Of a stretch of DNA of 64,000 bases, positions 1 through 12,840 are shown piece by piece (positions within the stretch are counted from its first letter, which is position 1; each line of letters begins with the position of its first letter). Source of the stretch: Amia ocellicauda (lineage: Eukaryota). The notes below the pieces were generated by a model. That model searched no databases, had not been told where the DNA came from, and worked only from the letters and a program-made list of their open reading frames with translations. The stretch lies in contig NC_089863.1 in the NCBI RefSeq assembly GCF_036373705.1, positions 18,915,406-18,979,405 on the forward strand, read 5' to 3'. Made by a program: the position numbers and the translations under genes.

Positions 1-570
1 ATCGTTGTACTGAACTGTATTCTTGCACTTTGTATTGCGCTTATGTTTGGTAAGTCGTCCTGCATAAGGGCGTCTGCCAAGAATTAAATAATAATATGAA
101 CTGTCCTGTGCGAGGTGTGCGCTACTGCCAGTGTCCTCTAGGCGGCGGTGCGACTCTACGGTCCTGGCAGAGCAGGAGTCACGCAATATTCAGTCCGTTA
201 TACAGCCCTGCCCGCCCGTCTGCCTGCCTGTCTATAGGCGTCTCTCTTTGTGCACCGAGAGGGATACAGTTATGTGTGTACAGAGATGATCATTATTAAT
301 AGTATTATACAATCAGACCATACCTATATAACACACAAACATACACGCACACCCACACACAGACATATACACACACGCATGCACACACGCAGACAACACT
401 GACACACAAACACAATATATTGGTATACAGAGGCAGGCAGAAAGACAGACAAGCAGATAGACATATACATAGATATATGCAAGCCCATGCTGTAAACCTG
501 AGGGGGAGAGGGAGCTTTCTCGCTGTATCAGCAGATCGAGTGCCGCGGTACAGAGTGAGGCAGAGAGAGG

Positions 571-608
<38 letters not shown>

Positions 609-2526
609 CGTCTTCACTTTCTCCAGCTTTCGATTTCTCAATTTATATATTCATTTTCTCCCTTTTTCTTCATTCATCCCCCGTTTCACTCTCTCCTCCT
701 CACTCGACCCCCCCTTCCTTTGCTCGCACACACACACACACACACATACATAGAGAGAGAGAGAGGCAGGGAGGGAGGGATACCACCTAAAGCGTCGGAG
801 AGGCACAATCGGACCTGTCGCCACAGAAATAGAGAGACAGAAAACATCAGGAGAAATGAAAGAGAGATCGGTGGAATAAACAGGGAGCGGAGAGAAAGAG
901 AAGTTGAAATGAATGAATAAATACATGAATAAATACATAAATACATTCATACATACATACTAATTGGTTTTAAACGCGTGTATCGGTGGGGAATGTAGCT
1001 GGACTCTCGAAGCGAACTACTCTACCCGACCACCGAACCTCCTGCGATCCAGAACAAAACCGACAAGAAAAAGTAAGTATGAGGCTAATTAGTATTATTT
1101 TAATTAGCAGTAATTGTAGTATCATTAGTGGTAATGTGCGTGTTTCTGTTTGTCTGTCTGTGCATGTGTAGGTGGGTGTCAGCTCCCCCCTGTCTGTCTG
1201 TCTCAGTGTAAGAGTTGTCTGTCTGTCTATCTATCTGTCTATCTGTCTGTCTTTATTCTAATCTTGTGTCTGTGGAAATGGGTGTGTTCAGTATGGAATA
1301 CACGTGTCACATTTTACATGCACCCTAAAAACCTACACAACACAGATACACTATGATACATACACATACACACATGCACACTGCTGTAATACAGACACGA
1401 TACCAACACACACTGTAATACGCACACGCACACATGCACACACACAGTAACACGCACACACATGCACACACACACTGTAAACAGTCGCATACGCCCACTG
1501 CACACACTATACACAGTAACAAACAGGTAGAGAGAGACAGACAGAAAGAGAGAGAGGGAGAGCGATATAGAGATATAGGGAGGGATAGTTTTCTTGATAT
1601 CACTGAGAACAAAGAAATAGTAGCACTGCTGTAAACCTGACAGAGAGATAAGGAGGGAGGGAGAGAGAGGATGGGGAAGGAGCAAGAGAGACAGGGAGGA
1701 AAGGGCAGAGGAAGAGATGGAGATGGAAGGAGTGAGAGATGAGAGAGAGATGCAGAGTTGGAGGGAGGGAAAGTGATAGAGGGAGGGAGAGAGTGATGGA
1801 ATATGGGAGAGGAAAAGAGAGAGGGATGGAGGGAGAGAGGGGGGGAAGACGTGGAGGGTATAGTGCGCCCGCTGCTCCTGCCATTTTCTCTCCTCTCCTT
1901 TCCAGCTCCCTCTGTCCTTCCATATGTCTCTGGCTGACTCCCTGTGTCTCTCTCTCTCTGTCCATATGTTTCTCTCCCTTGCTCCCCCTCACTCTCCCAC
2001 TAGCCTCCCCATCTCCCTCCTATCCCCTCCCTGACTCTCTCCTTCTACACCTCCCCTATTTTCACCCAATATCAATAGTGTTACATCACTACATGCACCC
2101 CAAGAAGAACCACACATGTACAGAGCAGACGCTTTGAAAATAATCAGACATGAATCAAACTATGCATGTCATGACGAGCAGCTTCAAATATGAAAGAATG
2201 CAAATATAAAAGTACACAAACATCCGCATCCCCTTCCTTGCCCTCTCAGTCCCTCGCTCCCTCTCTCTCTCTCCCTCCTCCTCGCTCTCTTTCCCCCCAC
2301 TCTCTCCAGTCTCTCTCTGTCCCCCTCCATCCTCTCTTTCTCCATCCCTCTTCCCCCTCTCCCTTCCTCGCTTTCACTCCCTCTTGCCTGCCGTATCTGT
2401 CGTATCTGTTGATACAAACTGAACACAGTGTCCACAATGAACACACCATACAAATTGCACGCACTTCCCACACTGAACACGCTGCACACTACTGTGCAAA
2501 TTTCACACCCAGGCAATCTGAATCTG

Positions 2527-2529
<3 letters not shown>

Positions 2530-2580
<51 letters not shown>
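2530..2580. repeat. (CA)n microsatellite
   Basis: Perfect dinucleotide run. Confidence 0.95.
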
Positions 2581-2582
<2 letters not shown>

Positions 2583-3473
2583 ACACATACACGCTGCTGT
2601 AAAACGCACACTGTATACACATACTGTAATATGCAAAAAAAAAAAAAAGAGGAAGGGAGAGAGGTTGAGAGAGCAGGAGAGAGGTAGGGAGGTTGATATA
2701 GATGTATGGAATATATGGCGGGGTGTAGAAGTGAACCTGCTCAGATACATGCGTGTGGAATGCGGGCTCAAGATCGATTTCTCATACACTCCACATGATT
2801 TGAAAATATCCAGACAAGAGCTCCGTGTGGGTAGATGAGCAATTGTTTTTTTCATCATTATTATTATTTATTTCTTGGCAGATGCCCTTATCCACGGTGA
2901 CTTATAGATTACACAAGCATTACAAAAGTGCAGTAATACAAACCAATACACAATTCTATTTAAGCATGACGACAATGCTGCTGTATTATCAATACAAAGT
3001 ACAATTTAAGAGTTAGAATTGTGCAGTTGTACAATTAATAGAAAATAAAATACAAAGAGGTAACAAGTTCAGACTTGATGCAGTGAAGTCCTAGGTATGA
3101 GTGAAAGGGAGGAGAAATCACAGTAAAACAGCAGGAGATCTAACAATGTAAGTAAGCCAGAGCACAATGAAGCGTAGTTAAATAAAGTGCGAAATTACGA
3201 GTGTGCTGAACAGCTCGGGAGAATAAGCTGCTTTCTTACAAGTACAGTCTGAACAGATGTGTCTTGTGTAATCGCCGGAAGAAAGGAAGGAACACACTTT
3301 TCTCTAGCGCAGATTTAAAAATCGCTGCTTGTGACTTTATGGCTCTGCTGGATCACTTCAAGGAGTTAGCAAAGAAATCAGAGTGGACAGCAGAGTAGAC
3401 ACAGAGTGGACTGTTGGTGTCAGCCGTGGGATAATGACACAGGCCTGGCTCCTTCACGCTGATAAACACACGA

Positions 3474-3475
<2 letters not shown>

Positions 3476-3566
<91 letters not shown>
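3476..3566. repeat. (CT)n microsatellite, about 45 units with two interruptions
   Basis: Dinucleotide run. Confidence 0.95.
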
Positions 3567-3570
<4 letters not shown>

Positions 3571-5076
3571 GAATAGGAACCTTCTTCTTTCGATTAGGGT
3601 GAGTGGGTGTCTCCTTTCTTTTGAGCCTCCCTTCATTATTGGAGAGGAGAGGAGGCTGTGGTGCCCGTGCTGGGCTGACATTCAGGTGTCTGTGGTGAAT
3701 TGCATTTTCTGGGGGTCCATGACCGAGTGATGGGTCCACCTGGGGGATCCATCCTTTCCCGATAGAGTAACTGTTGTGCGCTACGCCCCCGCAGTGTGTC
3801 ATGGTACAGAGGACCAGAGTGCTTCTCTTAAAGCTGCCTGCAGCTGTGTGTGTGTTTCTAATGTTTTGGTATTTTAAGAATAAAGCAAAAAAAACAACTG
3901 TTGGAGGATGCAAGAATAGGAGAGTGTATTCAGCTCACCCTGTCAGTGGATTGAGAGGCGTGATGCAGCCTGCAGTGGATTGGGGATTTGTGGGATTGTG
4001 GGGATTCAGTGATTGGAATTTGATTTGGGGAATTGAGCGATATTCCCTCTTCATAGGGAAAAGGGAGGGAGTTCTGTGAAATAGCTATAGTCTCTTCTTA
4101 GCAGGCGTATTGGTTTCAAATAAACCTTTTCTCAAAGCATTACAAAGCACAATAAATAAATCAGGGCAGACCACAACAAGCACACATCCTCGTTCAAATG
4201 GGCTGCCAAGAGCAAACTAATAGAATCCGGTCCCTGGGGTGTGCCAAGGGGTGGGGAAGGCATGGGAGAAGCTACAGTAAAATGATTGAAGGGCTAAAAA
4301 TACATAAGCAATCAAGAGCACGAGGGAGCAGAGTTAAATAAGCAACTGCATAAGAGCAAGAGTGCTCAGCTGTCCTGAAGATTAGTCTGCGGTATTATAT
4401 TGCATGCTTTTAATTGTATGTGTATAGGGGGGGGGGGGAGCGGGAATACATATTCCCCCTGAGAAATGACAGTGTGGCATTAACGAGTGCGAGAGCTAGA
4501 AGCTCGTAAGAACGGTCTTAATCAAGAGAAGGCCTCTTGCGCTTGTTCGCTAGCTGGTAACTTAGCGCTCCAAGGGTCCTGTCTGGACTGTCCTTGAAGG
4601 AAGGCACGCAAGGCGGTTGAGCTCTGTCACGGAACCACTAAAGTGCTTTCATGCATGTATTTTTACTTATTTAACTACTGAAGAGAGTGTGTGTCAAATA
4701 TGATTGTCTTTTTGTTAGCTAGTGATGATTGAAAATTATCTCAGATTGACATAAGGTCACATTTAGTGCTTTCAGGATATAGAGATGTTTTATCTATTGT
4801 ATTAGTATCATTAGGCTGCGAAGGAATCACCGTCATATGTGCAGCAGTATAAAATAACCATAGAGAGCACCTGCAATTTCCGCCAGTTTGCTGGATCGCA
4901 TAGGGTCATTAAGCTATGCGATACAGCCATTGAAGCTCTGGGTCAGTAGTTTCAAAAGTGACTACACTGTGACTACACTGTATAAAGACATAACGTACCC
5001 ACAATGCACTCCTTCACAGCATAAAGGCCTGTCTTCAACCTGCGCTATCTCAGGATAAGATAGGGTTAGAGAGCTA

Positions 5077-6657
5077 CAGTGAGGGAAAAAAGTATTTGAT
5101 CCCCTGCTGATTTTGTACGTTTGCCCACTGAAAAAGAAATGATCAGTCTATAATTTTAATGGTAGGTGACAGTGAGACACAGAATAACAACAAACAAATA
5201 CAGAAAAATGCATTTCAAAAAAGTTATAAATTGATTTGCATGTTAATGAGGGAAATAAGTATTTGATCCCCTATCAATCAGCAAGATTTCTGGCTCCCAG
5301 GTGTCTTTTATACAGGTAATGAGCTGAGATTAGGAGCACTCTCTTAAAGGGAGAGCTTCTAATCTCAGCTCATTACCTGTATAAAAGACACCTGTCCACA
5401 GAAGCAATCAATCAATCAGATTCCAAACTCTCCACCATGGCCAAGACCAAAGAGCTGTCCAAGGATGTCAGGGACAAGATTGTAGACCTACGCAAGGCTG
5501 GAATGGGCTACAAGACCATCGCCAAGCAGCTTGGTGAGAAGGTGACAACAGTTGGTGCGATTATCCGCAAATATAAGAAACACAAAATAACTGTCAGTCT
5601 CCCTCGGTCTGGGGCTCCATGCAAGATCTCACCTCGTGGAGTTTCAATGATCATGAGAACGGTGAGGAATCAGCCCAGAACTACACAGGAGGATCTTGTT
5701 AATGATCTCAAGGCAGCTGGGACCATAGTCACCAAGAAAACAATTGGTAACACACTACGCCGTGAAGGACTGAAATCCTGCAGCGCCCGCAAGGTCCCCT
5801 GCTCAAGAAAGCACATGTACAGGCCCGTCTGAAGTTTGCCAATGAACATCGGAATGATTCAGAGGAGAACTGGGTGAAAGTGTTGTGGTCAGATGAGACC
5901 AAGATCGAGCTCTTTGGCATCAACTCAACTCGCCCTGTTTGGAGGAGGAGGAATGACCCCAAGAACACCATCCCCACCGTCAAACATGGAGGTGGAAACA
6001 TTATGCTTTGGGGGTGTTTTTCTGCTAAGGGGACAGGACAACTGCACCTCATCAAAGGGACGATGGACGGGGTCATGTACCGTCAAATCTTGGGTGAGAA
6101 CCTCCTTCCCTCAGCCAGGGCATTGAAAATGGGTCGTGGATGGGTATTCCAGCATGACAATGACCCAAAACACACAGCCAAGGCAACAAAGGAGTGGCTC
6201 AAGAAGAAGCACATTAAGGTCCTGGAGTGGCCTAGCCAGTCTCCAGACCTTAATCCCATAGAAAATCTGTGGAGGGAGCTGAAGGTTCGAGTTGCCAAAC
6301 GTCAGCCTCGAAACCTTAATGACTTGGAGAGGATCTGCAAAGAGGAGTGGGACAAAATCCCTCCTGAGATGTGTGCAAACCTGGTGGCCAACTACAAGAA
6401 ACGTCTGACCTCTGTGATTGCCAACAAGGGCTTTGCCACCAAGTACTAAGTCGAAGGGGTCAAATACTTATTTCCCTCATTAACATGCAAATCAATTTAT
6501 AACTTTTTTGAAATGCGTTTTTCTGGATTTTTTTTGTTGCTATTCTGTCTCTCACTGTTAAAATACACCTACCATTAAAATTATAGACTGCTCATTTCTT
6601 TGTCAGTGGGCAAACGTACAAAATCAGCAGGGGATCAAATACTTTTTTCCCTCACTG
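5077..6657 (+). mobile_element. Tc1-like (IR/DR type) DNA transposon, about 1.58 kb, near-intact, flanked by TA
   Basis: Terminal inverted repeats of about 55 bp: 5' CAGTGAGGGAAAAAAGTATTTGATCCCCTGCTGATTTTGTACGTTTGCCCACTG at 5077 and its reverse complement ending at 6657. Inner direct-repeat copies GGGAAATAAGTATTTGATCCCC sit near 5260 and 6465. Both ends are flanked by TA. The internal transposase matches Tc1/mariner DDE transposases (..[51 protein letters not shown]..). Confidence 0.9.
5437..6449 (+). pseudogene. Tc1-like transposase reading frame interrupted by one frameshift (ORFs 5437..5832 and 5874..6449)
   Basis: The N-terminal HTH/paired-like part ([76 protein letters not shown]...) and the DDE part lie in different frames. 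The canonical continuation ..[40 protein letters not shown] appears in the +1 frame near 5795-5880, consistent with a single-base deletion. Confidence 0.8.
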
Positions 6658-7609
6658 TATGTGGCAATTTAGAACTCTGGGTCTCTACTTTCTAATGAGC
6701 TCTATGAACCAGTAATACTGAAACATTTAAATTAATAAATACAGGTTTAAATCCAATCCCTCCCAATCCAATATTTAGGAATTTGCTAAATATTTGGGAT
6801 GAAACAGATAATGTGTTTACCTAAACCCAGGAGGAGAACTTGTGAGCACAACCTACCCCCACCAAAAATAAAGTAATCAACACCTCAACTCAAGAGAACA
6901 GTGGTCACCAGAGTGGGTCACATGTCAGTTGTAAAACATTCCCAACCTTAATGAACAGGGTTGTCACAGATGTCACATAATACCTCAAATCTGTGTGGAA
7001 AATATAACTCAATTTTACTGTGTGAAGGCTGTGAAAAAAGAAAACTTCCAAGTTTAGACCTTGACAGCTCCAACCCCCTAATTTGACCCTCTAAGTCCAC
7101 CTTCCAACATGCATGGACCAGCAACAGAAGACAATTTACGCGCCCAAAAAGTGGCATTGAGCGCCATTACTGTCAAGAGCCTTCTGACTGTGTTTTAGAA
7201 AATATATTGTACACACTGTCCACATCTACACGATGTACACACTGAACACATTCAACATTTACACCCTGAACACACTGTTAAAATGTACATACTGACCACG
7301 CTGTGAACATTTACACCCTTATCACACTGTAAAAATGTACACACTGAACACACTGTCAACATCTACACCCTCTATCTCAGTCAATCACCATGTCTATACT
7401 TTATTAACCCTCCCCTCTCTCTTTTTCTCTCTCCATTTCTCTCTCTCTCTCTCTCTCTCCCTCACTCGTGTCAAGCCAGTGTCCTGCAGTGTCCGTCAGT
7501 GTGTCTGTACTGTATTAACCCCTGTCTCTCTCTCTCTCTCGATCTTCCTTATAGATCATCTTATTGCCCCCAAGAGACCGAAAGACAGGCAAAAAGAAGT
7601 CACCAAAAC

Positions 7610-7955
7610 ATGGCTTTAAACACAGAGAACATCCAGCCCCCTCTGGAGGAGAGCGCCACCCCCTCCGCCGGGGAGGACCAGCCACAGCCGGAGGAATCAC
7701 AGGAAGAGGTGGGGCCGCAGACAGCCCCGCACACCGCCCCCTCACCTTCCCCATCTGCTCCCTCCCCCACCGCGGACGCCACCGCTGGCTCCCAGCCAAT
7801 CACAGAGCCGCAGCCGCCCGTCGACCCTGACCCCTGTCCCAGTCCCGCCTCCCCGGTCCTTGCCCCCGTCGCCTCCAAGACCTCCTCCCCTCAGCAGGAA
7901 GTGGTCAAGCCCATACAGGAAGTGGTCATCGTGAATGAGAAGAAAATTGAAAATG
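7610..7955 (+). CDS. prrt2: prrt2 coding exon 1 (MALNTENIQPPLEES...VVIVNEKKIEN, ends phase 1)
   Basis: ATG at 7610-7612 in the frame of ORF 7499..7972. Pro/Ser/Ala-rich N-terminus as in PRRT2. Donor G|GTAAAG at 7956-7957. Confidence 0.7.
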
Positions 7956-8164
7956 GTAAAGTGTGTGTGTGAGTGTTTGAGTGTGTATGTGTGTGTGGCA
8001 CTGAGTTCAGTGTTTAGATTGCAGTGTGATTGAATTAACTGTTTTCTGACTCTCTCCACCCCATCACCCTCTCTCCTCACTCCCACCATCTCCTCTCTCT
8101 TTTTCTCTCTCAGTGTCAGTGTATCAGTGTCCAGTCAGTGTGTCTATCCTGTATTGACCCTCTC

Positions 8165-8199
<35 letters not shown>

Positions 8200-8272
8200 A
8201 GTGCATCGTCAGTCTCCAGTCAGTCAGTCAGTGTCTGTTCTGTATTAACCCTCTCTCTCTCTCTCTCTCTAG

Positions 8273-8544
8273 GTAACGGAGTGCCCATGCTGCCCGCAAC
8301 CTCCACCCCCGACATGAAGCGCTGCCTGCGGGAGCCCAATGGACGGTCGCGGGTGGGCAGCCGCTCGGGGTCTCTGTGCCACGTGGGCGGCTCCCCCCGG
8401 CCCAGCCTGTCCCGCCAGCCCAGCTTGGCTACCAGTGGCCTGGCGGATGGGGAGAAGCCGAGGGACTACCTGCTGCCCGCCATCCTGTCCTGCTTCTGCC
8501 CTGTCTGGCCCCTCAACATAGTGGCCTTCGCTTACTCTGTCATG
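8273..8544 (+). CDS. prrt2: prrt2 coding exon 2 ([24 protein letters not shown]...[27 protein letters not shown])
   Basis: Acceptor (ct)n-tAG at 8271-8272. In frame with ORF 8281..8580. Donor ATG|GTAGGG at 8545-8546. Carries the first transmembrane helix of the CD225 domain. Confidence 0.85.
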
Positions 8545-8635
8545 GTAGGGGTCAGCGCGGGGGTGGGGAGGGGTGTGTAGTCGGTCAGTCAGTGTGTCTG
8601 TACTGTGTTAACCTCTCTCTCTCTCTCTCTCTCAG

Positions 8636-8765
8636 TCCAGGAATAGTCTGCAGCAGGGGAATGTGGACGGGGCTCGTCGCCTGGGCCGTGTAGCCAAGCT
8701 CCTGAGTGTGGTGGCGCTAGTGGGCGGGGCTCTCATCATCATCGCCTGCGTCATCAACTGGACCA
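8636..8765 (+). CDS. prrt2: prrt2 coding exon 3 ([43 protein letters not shown], ends phase 1)
   Basis: Acceptor (ct)n-cAG at 8634-8635. In frame with ORF 8663..8869. Strong donor CCA|GTGAGT at 8766-8767. Confidence 0.85.
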
Positions 8766-9048
8766 GTGAGTCAGTCTGGCTGTCCAATTGTCCAACTAGT
8801 TGTCTATCTGACTGGACTGGACTGGACTGTAGTGTGTGTGTCTGTGCTGTTGTGGATTGTGTGTCTTAACTGGACTGTAGTGTGTGTATATGTTCTGTTC
8901 TGGACTGTGTGTGTCTGTGCTGGACTGTAGTGTGCGTCTGTGCTGTTGTGGATTGTGTGTGTCAGTGCTGTACTGTCTCAGTTTGTGTTATTATCTGTAT
9001 TAACCACACCTCTCCCCTCTCTCTCTCTCTCTCTCTCCTTTCCTCCAG

Positions 9049-9065
9049 TTATGGTAAAATCCTGA
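9049..9065 (+). CDS. prrt2: prrt2 putative terminal coding exon (..IMVKS, stop TGA 9063-9065)
   Basis: Acceptor tcctccAG at 9047-9048 follows a (ct)n tract and restores the frame after the phase-1 donor of exon 3. It adds only 5 aa, so the alternative is read-through of exon 3. Confidence 0.45.
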
Positions 9066-9229
9066 GTTGTCAAAACTTCCACAAATGGATTCAAAAGCAA
9101 CAACAACAACGACAACAACAGCGACAACAACAGCAACAACCCCCATCAGACACCTCTCTCCACCACCCCGTCTCCCCTCTGACTCCTGACCCTTGAACCC
9201 TGACCCCACCAGCCTCAGACCCACCCACA

Positions 9230-9520
9230 AGAGGTCTGCTAGGACTGGTGGACCCAGGATCGACTGACACATCGATTGACCCTTGACACACGGATTGATT
9301 GACCACAGATGCACTGACCCTTATCCCCAAGATCTTCTGACATTTCACCCCAGGATCCAATGACAACGGAGCCTCCAACCATTGACTCCAGTCTCTGCGG
9401 ACAACAAATCTTCTGACCTTTGACCCCAGGCTCTGCTGGTCCTTTTTCCCTGGGATCTACTGACAATGAATCTTCTGACCCTTGACCCCCAGATCAACTG
9501 ACCTACAGAGCTGACCAAAC
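9230..9520. repeat. degenerate ~40-bp tandem repeat (..atcttctgacccttgaccccagg..) downstream of prrt2
   Basis: About 7 imperfect copies are visible. Confidence 0.6.
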
Positions 9521-12500
9521 CCCACCCTCACCCTCATGTCTCTGGATTTAGCTATCCACTGTCCACAGACAGACTTAGGGAAAGACAGATACAGCGACAC
9601 ACAGACCCACGCACACACACAGGCACACACCACACATACAGACTAAATGTAATCCAGTCTGCTTACGGTGTCAATCCTAACACACACACACATAGACTAC
9701 ACGTATAAATACCATATAACAATATACTCTACAACAAAAGATATTACTTGGAAATTGTGTTTCCAGAAGCAGATGCTGCCATTGTTTTCAGAGGTGCCAT
9801 AAAGTAATGCTAAACTGCCTCACTGTGGGCTGCAGTTGCTTCTTTGACTTGATTTTACACTTACAGGCCTAAACACAGTTACACTGCACGAGCAACAGTC
9901 TGAGGGCCACAGCTGTGCAATGCCACACCATGCAGTATACAGTATACACAGTATAGTATAATGCAGTACACTACAGTACAGAGTGGTATGATATAGTTTA
10001 GTGTAGCACAATGCAATGCAGTATAGTATAGTATAGTATATTATAGTGTAGTGCAGTACAATACAGTACAGTGCAGTATACCATAGTATAGTACAGTACA
10101 GTGCAGTATAGTGTAGTGTAGTACAGTTCAGTGCAATATAGTATGCTGTAGTACAGTGCAGTATAGTAGAGTATAGTGCAATCGAATGCAATTACCTTAA
10201 TTGACTGAAAAATGCTGTAATATACTCCACAATATTATAAAACAATACTATACTGGAATATAGTATACAGGCACACACATAAACTGTATACAGACATACA
10301 CACACACACACACGTAGATGATCTGAAGAGAAAATTGTGTGATTTGAGTGACTCATGCCTTCCAAACAGACAGAGAGAGAGAGAGAGAGAGAGACAGAGA
10401 TGGAGAGAGACATCACTGCCACTGTCTAGCCAATACAGCACCACGGAGCAGAGAGAAAGAGGGGGGAGGGGGAGATTGACAGAGAGGAAGAAGACTTTCA
10501 AGAAACAAAAGGAGGAAATGGAAGAGAGGAGGTGTCCGTCTGACAGAGGGAACCCAGCCGGAGTGAGTGACTGCCAGTCTGAACCCATCTGCCGGGTTGA
10601 GAGTTCCATACGTATTATATTTGTATCCGCAGCAGGCGACGTATAGCTTTCATATACCAGCTGAATACATGTGATCCACACATTTATTCATATATTTAAA
10701 ATATACCATTTCAACTCCACCATGTTCTCGTATTGCGAGATTACCCATAAGAACTACAAATGGTCTTGGACTACGCATTTTTTTTTTCGTGGCAACAACA
10801 TGCCTAAAAATTTTTAAATTACAATAAAAATCCCCTGGCAGCAACATGCCCCCAAAATACGACAAAAAAAAAAAAAATTGGATTGGCAGTATATTTTTAT
10901 AGATTCCGTATATTTTCCGAAGGGGAGAACCGTAAAAAACAATGGCGACGGGTTTCAAGGAAGGGCAGCTACTTTTGTTCGGATGATAAAACTTCTCTTT
11001 TGTTAACACTTCCAGCAGCGAGGGCGTGAATGTACCAGTCTGCATCGCCGCAGCGCCCCGAATCGAGACGCCAACACAGTCTCCAAATATATAATTCCAT
11101 ATCTGCAAAAATACAAAAATTGAAAAGCAGAGTGTAGGCTATATCAGGAGCCACAGATGAAGTTCAGGAAGATGAGAAAGATCTTTATTACTGAAGGGAG
11201 AGAGGAGGACAAAAGCAGAGCTCACGCTTCCCACTCCATCTCTGAAGTCTGAGTGAAGCCCACGCGAATATTTATACTGTGAATAAATTCCCATGAGTCA
11301 GCAATCCCATAAATCTTGTCTCCCATAAAAGAACATCTTTAATAGGTGTCTTGAACATCTTTGTTTTACATGTTTAGAGTATCTCAAGCAGGGTCGCAGG
11401 TCGAATGGGCCCCAAAATCCCCTGCTCTCTATTCCCCCAAGTCCAAGTGTATTTGATTAACCTCAGCATTTCTCACATATAAACCGTATTAATACTTAAT
11501 TGTTTTGGTGACTCCGCAGCATGGCCATAATATCCCGCTCGCCGTGTCAACACCCAATAGTGAGAATTTCCGATTCTATGTAAATCGGGATATATTCCAA
11601 ACGTATCATATTCCCAATACTCAACATTTCAGAATTCATGAGCCCTGTTAATGTACCAAAGGCTGTACTGAGGTTTTATTACAGCGGTTGCATACTGTAG
11701 CTGTAGATGAGGCTCTAAGGCCGGGGATTATCACATGTCCGTCCTTTAATATCTGTAAGTTGACTTTTTTTATTAAAGGAATGGGAGGTGATGACCCTCT
11801 CTAATACCGGTCATCTTATCAGTCAGGGCATGCCACTGTGCTAGTGTTGCAGTGGTTTCCTATGGGGTTCAGCCTTAGCTGTGCTTTACAAGGGTCCGAC
11901 CACTGTACAGCCCTGTTAAAAGTGCACAGAGCCTATGGTGCATTTACTGAGGTCAGCTTCTGATAAGCAGAGGATTTGAGAGAGAGAGAGAAACAGAGAG
12001 AGTAGGGAGAGTGAGGGAGGAAACTGAGAGGTATTGAGAGGGAGAGCTTGCACTGCTATTGGCTTCAACTGAAGACAAAACATTGGTTTCAATAGGGATG
12101 TGGAACACATTTGTGTGGGTATGTGAGTGAGGATCTATTAGTATATACTGTGTGAATCCCTGACTCAGCTACTGTGTGATAAGAGACAGGATTGTTTACA
12201 AAATTATGGATCATTACTTACATACACTTTCCTAGTTTGTTCCTGCATTCCAGACAGTCCAGACCTATAATATACTATAGTCCACACAGCACTGGCTCCA
12301 GTCTGGCCCCTGTACTGTAGCTGTGTCTGTAGCTTTAGATGGGACGGTGGGCTGGAGAGCAGTGCTGTCAATGTTTACAATGCCTCCTGTGTGCAGACTG
12401 CCAAATTAGCCGCACACCCCAACTGTGTGTGGTCGAGTCAGTGTGTGACGCTGTTCTCTCTATCTTGTCTTATCCTGTGTGCTTACAGCTATCTCCTCTC

Positions 12501-12800
12501 TCTCCCTTGCTCCTTCTCTCTCTCCCTAATAAACAGCCACAACAGAGCAGGGAGAGGCGATGCGAAAGAGAGACATGGGGAGAGATAGATGGAGAGAGAG
12601 ATACAGAAACAGAGAGAGACATCACAGGTGGAGGGGAACAGCGCGACACACACTCCTCTGTGAAAGACTAAATGCTGCATTATGTTTACAAATAGACTCA
12701 GTTCAATAAGATTAGTGACCTTAATGACTCCAGAGTCCTAGAAAATGTAGTATAGGCTGTAGGATTAAAAGAGATACATGTTTACAAACTGAGGACTGAA

Positions 12801-12840
<40 letters not shown>

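Larger units (their letters stand above)
7555..9065 (+). other. prrt2: gene model span: proline-rich transmembrane protein 2 (dispanin/CD225 family), 4 coding exons, 254 aa
   Basis: Spliced translation ends ...[52 protein letters not shown]|[43 protein letters not shown]. This closely matches the remembered C-terminus of human PRRT2 (...[61 protein letters not shown]...). The N-terminus is proline-rich. Exon phases are consistent (346+272+130+17 nt = 765 = 255 codons). The acceptor AG at 7553-7554 upstream of the ATG suggests an additional 5' UTR exon. Confidence 0.8.

Noticed and set aside
2184-2858. 224-aa minus-strand ORF and overlapping plus-strand ORFs
   Set aside because: It spans (CA)n and (CT)n microsatellites and poly-A, so its composition is driven by the repeats.
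10650-11108. 152-aa minus-strand ORF
   Set aside because: It is AT-rich, contains homopolymer runs and overlaps a copy of the unclassified dispersed repeat (segment A). It has no coding signature.
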